DNA of 64,000 nucleotides from a virus. The DNA lies in IMG/VR virus record IMGVR_UViG_3300035670_009638, positions 1-64,000 of that record; one strand, written 5' to 3'. This document shows, in pieces, positions 57,593 to 64,000 of the stretch. A model generated the notes under the pieces. It searched no databases. It saw only the letters and a list, made by a program, of their open reading frames with translations, and was not told the origin of the DNA. A program made the translations under genes and the position numbers. The first letter of the stretch is position 1, and every line of letters begins with the position of its first letter.

Positions 57593-58972
57593 TTATATAA
57601 CTTCTCTAATTGCTTTACCAGATTTACCAGTAAAAATAGATATTTTATTTTCTTCAATAGCTCCAGGAACCATAGGAATTAAATTGCCTTCTTCATACAG
57701 CTCCACAAACTTTTCTGCTTTTGAAATAGATTTTGTAAGATACTCAACAAGTTCAAAATCGCTTTCGAACTTATAAGGATCTTTTGTAATGTTGAATAGT
57801 TGGGACATAAGCTTAGGTAGAACAACAGAATTATCATATTCATTCATTAATACATTGAATGCTGTGTCTCGATATAACTGTTGTAACTCTGGATTTTCAG
57901 CAACTCGTTTCATTTCTTGAATCGCATCATGAGGATTATCTTCATCCATATAAATAGCAAAATTCGGAATATCGATATATCTTACTTCATCTACAGTTTT
58001 ACATTCTTCTGCCCATTCTTTGTCTACAACTAAAATAGCTCCCGCACAAATGGCTTCTTGCATTGTATATTCTAATCGATCACCATAGAAGGACTTATCA
58101 ATTCCTGTTTTGAACTTGAAAAGAGTACAAGCGAATAAGCTTTGATTAAATTTGTTCAGGACTTCTTCTCGTTCAATTCTTCCGTATGTTGGAACAATAG
58201 GATTTTCATTCTTAGGAAGAGTAGGCTGCAATAAATTATCGCAGTTTGGATGACTTAGGATTTGTTGCTTACAACCAATTCCTGTGTCCATTCCATAAAT
58301 AACCGGCTGTATTCCAGCTTCGTAAACTGCCTCTGAAATATCTAAAAGTCGTCTTGGACCCTTATACAATACAAATCTACCAATATAGGTTAGATTGTTT
58401 TCACGTTTAGAATTCTTATAGAAGTGCTGAAATCTTTTTACGTCAGTCCATAAATGCATTGGGAAAGCTCTGTCTCTTTTAGATGGAAGTTTCTTCACTA
58501 AAGAATTCATATAGTAACTTTCCGAAGAATGGTTATAAACCGCATCAGACTCGTTTATATAAGACCAACAGAATGGAGTTTCTTTTATTGCTTTGACAAA
58601 AGATGTATGTTGCATTTGAACTTTAACTGGAGTAATTTTTTTATACATCTTATGAAACTCAAGAACATCTTCTTTTTTAAGGCCACTATGAGGTTTCGCT
58701 GGGTTGATCAGAATTACTAAATCATACTTTTCGTTGATTTCATTAGTAATTTCATCGATATTCTCTCTTGAGAAAATTGTGTGTTCATGGATATATCCAT
58801 CTTTATATTCTGGCTTTTTCCTTTTCCATGGAGCATGGTAGTAGTAAGTATGGAATTCTACATCATTTTTTAATCCCCAACGAAACATTTCCTCGACTGA
58901 GGTTGATTCACCATCAATCAGCCGAGGGTAACCACGAAGTATAGCGACTTTTTTACCAGAATAATTGTTCAT
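57593..58972 (-). CDS. DNA alpha-glucosyltransferase-like GT-B glycosyltransferase
   Basis: Motifs colinear with T4 AGT as recalled: VQMQH, DAVYNHS, YIGRFVLYKG, LEYTMQE..AGAILV, MDEDN. Confidence 0.8.
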   Translation of the reverse strand: MNNYSGKKVAILRGYPRLIDGESTSVEEMFRWGLKNDVEFHTYYYHAPWKRKKPEYKDGYIHEHTIFSRENIDEITNEINEKYDLVILINPAKPHSGLKKEDVLEFHKMYKKITPVKVQMQHTSFVKAIKETPFCWSYINESDAVYNHSSESYYMNSLVKKLPSKRDRAFPMHLWTDVKRFQHFYKNSKRENNLTYIGRFVLYKGPRRLLDISEAVYEAGIQPVIYGMDTGIGCKQQILSHPNCDNLLQPTLPKNENPIVPTYGRIEREEVLNKFNQSLFACTLFKFKTGIDKSFYGDRLEYTMQEAICAGAILVVDKEWAEECKTVDEVRYIDIPNFAIYMDEDNPHDAIQEMKRVAENPELQQLYRDTAFNVLMNEYDNSVVLPKLMSQLFNITKDPYKFESDFELVEYLTKSISKAEKFVELYEEGNLIPMVPGAIEENKISIFTGKSGKAIREVI

Positions 58973-58986
58973 ATTTAATTCCTCCA

Positions 58987-59547
58987 TTATTTAGATTCCT
59001 CAGTAATTTTATCTTCAAGTTTTTGAATTAAACGAGCAACTCTTTCTTGAGCCCCTTCATTAATATCTCTCATTTGGGGTGTTTGATTGCCTAAACTAAT
59101 TTCACGATTAGAGTATTGAAGGACTGAAACTGTATCAGCTAATTTAGTGACCAAGTAAGGAATTGTCTCTTGCTTTTCTTCTTCAATGAATTTCTTGTAT
59201 GAATCCAAGTATTCTGGCATATTTTGTTCCAAAGCAATTACTTCAGCTTGCTCACAAGCTTCTCTTAATGCAGGATTATTTACTTTTGTGTCATATGGAA
59301 TATCTCCAACCATTAGTTCTGGAATATCATGAACTGTTGCAAATTCTAAAGCTTTATATTTAATTTCATCACTTAAGTTGAACATTTTAACAATTTTTAA
59401 GACAGTTGTAATTACATAAAACGAATGTTCGGCAACATTTTCATGTTTAATCTTTGGTCTGTTATTGTATCGAATAATCTCACCAAGACCTAAAATTGTA
59501 GTATCACCTAACGTACGAACTTTACCACGATTGAAATATCCTGACAT
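58987..59547 (-). CDS. HD-domain deoxynucleotide hydrolase (YfbR/DatZ-like)
   Basis: IRY..ENVAEHSFYV, HDIPE..GDIP..K, KLAD motifs. Confidence 0.9.
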   Translation of the reverse strand: MSGYFNRGKVRTLGDTTILGLGEIIRYNNRPKIKHENVAEHSFYVITTVLKIVKMFNLSDEIKYKALEFATVHDIPELMVGDIPYDTKVNNPALREACEQAEVIALEQNMPEYLDSYKKFIEEEKQETIPYLVTKLADTVSVLQYSNREISLGNQTPQMRDINEGAQERVARLIQKLEDKITEESK

Positions 59548-59602
59548 ATAGCATTCCTCCGATTGATTTAGTAATTGGGTGGAAGGGATTAAACCCTTCC
59601 GT

Positions 59603-59869
59603 TTAAACTAATCCTCTCTTTTCAAAAATTGAACGAAGTTTTGTTTGGCCAACACCACGAACTTTTTCGATTTCATTACCTTCATCATCAACAAGAACAA
59701 ATGTTGGAGATTACATAACTCCGTATTTTACAGCCAATTCATTAGCTCGATCATCGTCATTAAATAGAATAAGAGTTTCATCTGGTTGAGTCTTTAATTC
59801 TTCTTTTATAAATGAATCTGCCATTTTACAAGGTGTGCAGTTATTTTGTTTAAACATTAGTAATTTCAT
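59603..59869 (-). pseudogene. thioredoxin / NrdH-like protein interrupted by an in-frame TAA
   Basis: MKLLMFKQNNCTPCK...KYGVM*SPTFVLVDDEGNEIEK; stop at 59711-59713. Confidence 0.85.
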
Positions 59870-59923
59870 AGAAGTTCCTCCAATAAAATATTAAATAAAG
59901 TATTATTTAATTTATTATTGAAA

Positions 59924-60382
59924 TTATTCAATAAGACCTTCATAATAAATTTCTTCACCAAGAATTGCTGCTTCAAGTTCTTCGACTGTTCGACAGGCTG
60001 CAACTCCAGACTCAGCTAACATCAAGTTAAACATGCCATCTTTTCCAAGAGTAAAAGCAACATAAATTACTGGAATTTTTGAAGCAAAAGCATGACCAGC
60101 TTCAAAAATAGTTCCCATATCTTTTCCATCTGTAATAGCAATTAGGAACTCAGCTCCTTCAATTCCTTTAACATTCATTTCGAAAGATTTCTTACGAACT
60201 TCTGGAGAAGAAATAGGACCGATAGCTGACTGTTTTCGTGGTGAAAAATATGTGAATCCATGTTTTTCTAGTAATGTTTCTACTAAAGCAACACGAGTGA
60301 TTTGATCTGGATTAAAGAACGGTGCTGCAATATAAACATGATGTTTCTTTCCTTCTTTTAATGAACGAGTAGTTTGAGTCAT
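59924..60382 (-). CDS. nucleoside 2-deoxyribosyltransferase / nucleotide N-hydrolase family protein
   Basis: VYIAAPFF, FSPR, DMGTIFEAG, NLML motifs. Confidence 0.88.
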   Translation of the reverse strand: MTQTTRSLKEGKKHHVYIAAPFFNPDQITRVALVETLLEKHGFTYFSPRKQSAIGPISSPEVRKKSFEMNVKGIEGAEFLIAITDGKDMGTIFEAGHAFASKIPVIYVAFTLGKDGMFNLMLAESGVAACRTVEELEAAILGEEIYYEGLIE

Positions 60383-60442
60383 GATTTATTTCCTCCGATT
60401 TCATATTTTTATTTCGTGAGTATTTATATCTCTCACATTGTA

Positions 60443-60471
60443 TTTATATCTGCTACTTGAAAAATGTAAAT
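60443..60471 (-). promoter_or_regulatory. class II promoter heading the modification cluster
   Basis: Repeated 29-bp motif. Confidence 0.75.
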
Positions 60472-60551
60472 TAAAAAACAAAAATTAAATTTAATATATT
60501 TTTCAATTCTGTTATAATAGTTATAACTACTATAATCGGGGGAATTGAATA

Positions 60552-61082
60552 ATGGGAGTCTACATTAAAATTGACGATGTCGCCAAAGCTATAGGTTTAT
60601 CTCCTTCTACTATTAAAAAATATTACTTGATGGTAGAAGATTATGGTTATAGGTTTGCAAGGAATAACCAAGGACAATTAATCTTCTCAGATCAAGATAT
60701 AAATATGTTCAGAAAAATAATTCAACTCAAGAATGAGCCTAATATGAGTGTACAAAAAGCAGTAGAAAAAGTTGTATCAAGCATAACTTCTATAACTGTC
60801 TACAACGAAAGCTCCAACAGTTCAAACAGTTATAACATTGATTTGTTGTCAGATGATATAAACGAAATTAAAGAGTTTATAAAAGTTCAAGCTGAAGTGA
60901 ATAAATCTCTTTTAACTGAGTTACAAGATACAAAGAAATATATAGCAAACAGGCTAGAAGAAAGAGATCAGACTCTTATGCTTGCTTTAAAAGAAACAAT
61001 GGAGACTAAAAAGCTGATCTCTGACAGGCAGAATAAAAAGTGGTGGCAGATATTCAAGAAAAGTCATAACAATCATGACTAA
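60552..61082 (+). CDS. MerR-like HTH, coiled-coil, amphipathic-tail protein (DUF3967 / RacA / pSK1-Par-like)
   Basis: DVAKAIGLSPSTIKKY, RLEERDQTLM, KKWWQIF. Confidence 0.8.
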   Translation: MGVYIKIDDVAKAIGLSPSTIKKYYLMVEDYGYRFARNNQGQLIFSDQDINMFRKIIQLKNEPNMSVQKAVEKVVSSITSITVYNESSNSSNSYNIDLLSDDINEIKEFIKVQAEVNKSLLTELQDTKKYIANRLEERDQTLMLALKETMETKKLISDRQNKKWWQIFKKSHNNHD

Positions 61083-61120
61083 TAGACATGACCGTTATGA
61101 CTGATATAATCGTTATGACT
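61064..61120. repeat. 9-bp-period YATRAC array
   Basis: Units at 61064, 61073, 61086, 61095, 61104, 61113. Confidence 0.7.
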
Positions 61121-62873
61121 AGAAGACTATGTTTTCAACTGTAATTTCTTCTTCAACATCGCCAGACTCATTTCTCTGACAGTCTTCTAATATAATTCTA
61201 GGAGTTTTTCGACCACTCCAGTTGTTTTCTCCTGGTATTCCTACGAAATCCATTGTTATATATTGATCGAAATTATGAGTCAAACTTTCGAATAATCCAT
61301 GGGGCGCTGAGAACATTACAAATTCAACCCCATTTTCGAAGAAGGTGAGCATTGAGCCTCGTTGTCTAATGAAATCTTTTCTCACCTTAATTCCAGTAAA
61401 GGCGAAAAGGGGATCATGAACCTTTCCACCAAATAGGTGTTTATTTTCATTTACTTCGATAATAGGTTGCTTATCAACTTTTCCTTTTACATGCAAATCC
61501 ACTTCATATACAAACTTGGGAGGCTCCACTTCATGCGCTTTATTTTTGAAATCTTCAAAATTCTCTTCAAAGATTGATATACCAAAAGCATTAGCATGTC
61601 CTTGTGCAAACTCTACTAATTCTGTTTCTTGGCACCAATCTTTGAGAGAAGGTAAGACTTTTTCATATCCTCGTCCAGAACCAACGTATTTACCGTTTTT
61701 ATCTTCATCATTCTTAATATAATGAACTAGAATAACAGGCTTTTGAAGTTTTCTTGCAAGTTTATTAGCAACTAAACCAGTTATTGAACCTTCATCAGAG
61801 TTAGGAACAATTCCAATTGCAATTCCACCAGTTGAATCAATTGTCTTTTCAATTTCTGCGTTTATTTTCTTTACCAAAGATGCTTGTCTATTTTTTACTC
61901 GTTTACAAGCATCGTGAGCATATTCATAAAGATTTTGATTAACTGTGATTTTATCAAACTTTCCAGTTTTCTTGTTTTTCTTTCTCTTTTCAACCACCCA
62001 TACTTCATCTGAACCAATTCCATTTAATGCTCTAAAAAGTAATTCTTTCTCTTCCACCGTTCCAACTCGAACAACAGCATTAATTAAAGGAATTATAGAG
62101 AATGACAAATCTTTGGGGGCAACGCTTTCAATATCATCAAAAGAATCTTCAAGAACTAACTTTATAAATGGATTATTGATATTTCTCAATCCTTTAAAAA
62201 CTAAGTTCCTTACTTCATTTTCACTAATATCTGAGGCATCTCCAACTTGTCCGATTGCTACTAAATCATAAAGATCTTCAGTGTTAGCAGTTTTTAAGAA
62301 GGTGTCCATAGCTTGGCAAAATTTAAAAGCCATACCAGCACCAACTAAGTTTCTATTTGTTTCTTCATTATGGGAAAGTTGGTTGTTTATTAGAATTCCA
62401 AAACGAGGCTCTTTTTCAACTTCGTGATGGTCAACAATTACAATATCAATACCCATATGATAAATTCTTTCAATTCCTAAAGAATCGTTGGATGCCGCAT
62501 CTGGAATAATGACTAAATCTATACTAGAATCAGCAATCTGCTCTAGAATTTTTTCTGTTAATCCATGAGCTTTGCTATCATGAAGGAAGTAAGAAATTTT
62601 ACTTTCAGGATTTAACTTTTTAAGATATTGATAGATTATAGTGGCTGAAGAAAAACCATCAGCATCTGGGTCAACCAATATTCCAATATGATTTTCAACC
62701 ACCATATGAGCTAGAGTTATTTCTGCGCCTTCTTTCATGTTGGTCAATTTCATTGCATCCAAATCATCTTTATCGTTAGGATTAAAGAATAAATCAATAT
62801 CTTCAATATTCCTATTTCTGAGGATTGTCGAGATTATATCTCCGTCATACTTACCAATTTGTTTAATTTTCAT
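61119..62873 (-). CDS. recJ: RecJ-like ssDNA exonuclease (DHH)
   Basis: DPDADG, HGL, VDHH, DLVAIG..GD, GSGR, GHANAFG motifs. Confidence 0.93.
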   Translation of the reverse strand: MKIKQIGKYDGDIISTILRNRNIEDIDLFFNPNDKDDLDAMKLTNMKEGAEITLAHMVVENHIGILVDPDADGFSSATIIYQYLKKLNPESKISYFLHDSKAHGLTEKILEQIADSSIDLVIIPDAASNDSLGIERIYHMGIDIVIVDHHEVEKEPRFGILINNQLSHNEETNRNLVGAGMAFKFCQAMDTFLKTANTEDLYDLVAIGQVGDASDISENEVRNLVFKGLRNINNPFIKLVLEDSFDDIESVAPKDLSFSIIPLINAVVRVGTVEEKELLFRALNGIGSDEVWVVEKRKKNKKTGKFDKITVNQNLYEYAHDACKRVKNRQASLVKKINAEIEKTIDSTGGIAIGIVPNSDEGSITGLVANKLARKLQKPVILVHYIKNDEDKNGKYVGSGRGYEKVLPSLKDWCQETELVEFAQGHANAFGISIFEENFEDFKNKAHEVEPPKFVYEVDLHVKGKVDKQPIIEVNENKHLFGGKVHDPLFAFTGIKVRKDFIRQRGSMLTFFENGVEFVMFSAPHGLFESLTHNFDQYITMDFVGIPGENNWSGRKTPRIILEDCQRNESGDVEEEITVENIVF

Positions 62874-62908
62874 TATGTTTCCTCCTCATAAGTTTTCGCT
62901 TCTTTGTA

Positions 62909-62937
62909 TTTATATCTGCTTTAGAGGAAACGTAAAT
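62909..62937 (-). promoter_or_regulatory. class II promoter of recJ
   Basis: Repeated 29-bp motif. Confidence 0.75.
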
Positions 62938-63977
62938 CAAACTACTATTCTTTGTTCGAATAGTTTTGAGAACACTTTTAAGCCTTTATCAGTAGGTGAA
63001 TCCTTTAAATCTAGAAGTCCTTCGGTGTCCCGGATAACTGAAGTTCTGTAATAAGGAGATAACTTGTCGATAAAGACATTCGTTATTTTTTGTGCATAGA
63101 ATTTTTCTTCAGGAGATCCAACTTCTTCAAACTCTTTATCAAGAGCTATAATAACCTCATCAACGTTCAAAGTTTTTAATATATCTAGTTGATGATAAGT
63201 CATGTTACTTCCACTTAAACAAACACCAATAGACATATCTGGAAGCATTGTGTCTAATTGAAGAACAGATTTTTCAGACTCGAATAATATTACTGTTTTG
63301 CATTGTTCTATGCTTTCTTTGGTGACATTTAGGCCGTATAATGCTGCCCCTGTGGGGTGTTTTAATACTTCTTTCTTCCAATAAACAGGCATATACTTCT
63401 TTCCATCTTCAACTAATTCTGGATTAAGATTTCTTGCTCGAACTCCAATTAAATTACCATCAATATCATAATGAGGAATAATAATTTGATTATCCGAAAT
63501 TGAGAACTTAATACCAAACTTTTTCATTGAAGAAACGCTTATTCCATCGTCAATCCAAGATTGATGGTATAAATTCCAATAAGAATTCAAAATATTTTTG
63601 TTCAATTTCTTTAAATTAATTTTTTCTTTTTGCTTCTTAAATTTCTGAAAGAACGAAGTATCTATTCTATCACTTTCAGCAAATCCACCTTGATAAGAAA
63701 TGCCAAACTTCATACACACATATTTAAAAGAATTATAGAAATCTAAGTCCATAACTCTGCCTACTAAGCCATAAATATCCATGGACCCACAGCTATCTGT
63801 GAAGCATCTAAACATTCTTGAGTCTCCAAAGTATATAAGTTTATGTTTATGGCCACTATGGCAAATCGTTTTACAATGTATGTTGTTTCCCATTCTTTGA
63901 GGTTCGGCACCAAGATCATTAAGAAGACTAATGAGATCGTTATCACTTAGTATTTGTTTTACTTCATTAGCATCCAA
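62937..63977 (-). CDS. DNA primase-like protein (Zn finger plus TOPRIM)
   Basis: ICH..FRCFTDSCG, IIIPHYD, LYGLN, LFESEKS, IALDKE motifs. Confidence 0.88.
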   Translation of the reverse strand: MDANEVKQILSDNDLISLLNDLGAEPQRMGNNIHCKTICHSGHKHKLIYFGDSRMFRCFTDSCGSMDIYGLVGRVMDLDFYNSFKYVCMKFGISYQGGFAESDRIDTSFFQKFKKQKEKINLKKLNKNILNSYWNLYHQSWIDDGISVSSMKKFGIKFSISDNQIIIPHYDIDGNLIGVRARNLNPELVEDGKKYMPVYWKKEVLKHPTGAALYGLNVTKESIEQCKTVILFESEKSVLQLDTMLPDMSIGVCLSGSNMTYHQLDILKTLNVDEVIIALDKEFEEVGSPEEKFYAQKITNVFIDKLSPYYRTSVIRDTEGLLDLKDSPTDKGLKVFSKLFEQRIVV

Positions 63978-64000
63978 CCCTAGTCACCTCGTTCAATTTT

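Noticed and set aside
58987-59547. 2-aminoadenine (Z-genome) pathway suggested by the DatZ-like HD protein
   Set aside because: No PurZ homologue in the window; the neighbouring genes point to pyrimidine modification.
59711-59713. Stop-codon reassignment or suppression by the phage tRNA
   Set aside because: The anticodon is CCA, which reads UGG, and TAA is the normal stop for most genes here.

Overview
64 kb of a low-GC, Bacillaceae-type siphophage that looks like a plasmid-prophage (phage-plasmid). The + strand from 2.8 to 30.2 kb carries the late operon: HNH, TerS, tRNA-Trp, TerL, HK97-type portal, protease and capsid, connectors, TP901-like tail with a -1 frameshift chaperone, tape measure, Dit, tail spike and fibre, holins, amidase-LysM endolysin and a tyrosine recombinase. 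The - strand carries early and middle genes: RadC, ArdC, a type II topoisomerase pair, a plasmid-like Rep with countertranscript control, thymidine kinase, amidoligase with GGCT, ParM/ParR, a sigma factor, RusA, Gmk, NUDIX, an all-alpha dNTP pyrophosphatase, DnaE, GIY-YIG endonucleases, RecJ and primase. The - strand also has a probable DNA base-modification cluster: a T4 alpha-glucosyltransferase homologue, a variant ThyX, a minimal ThyA-fold protein, a nucleotide kinase, an HD hydrolase and an NDT-family hydrolase. The non-coding DNA suggests a regulatory circuit. LexA boxes overlap the promoter of the phage sigma gene. Twelve copies of a phage-specific promoter occur, one in front of the sigma gene itself. 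A ~66-nt sRNA (40554-40619) has two seed regions complementary to motifs repeated at the translation starts of about 15 phage genes. All calls come from reading the sequence by eye; no searches were run.
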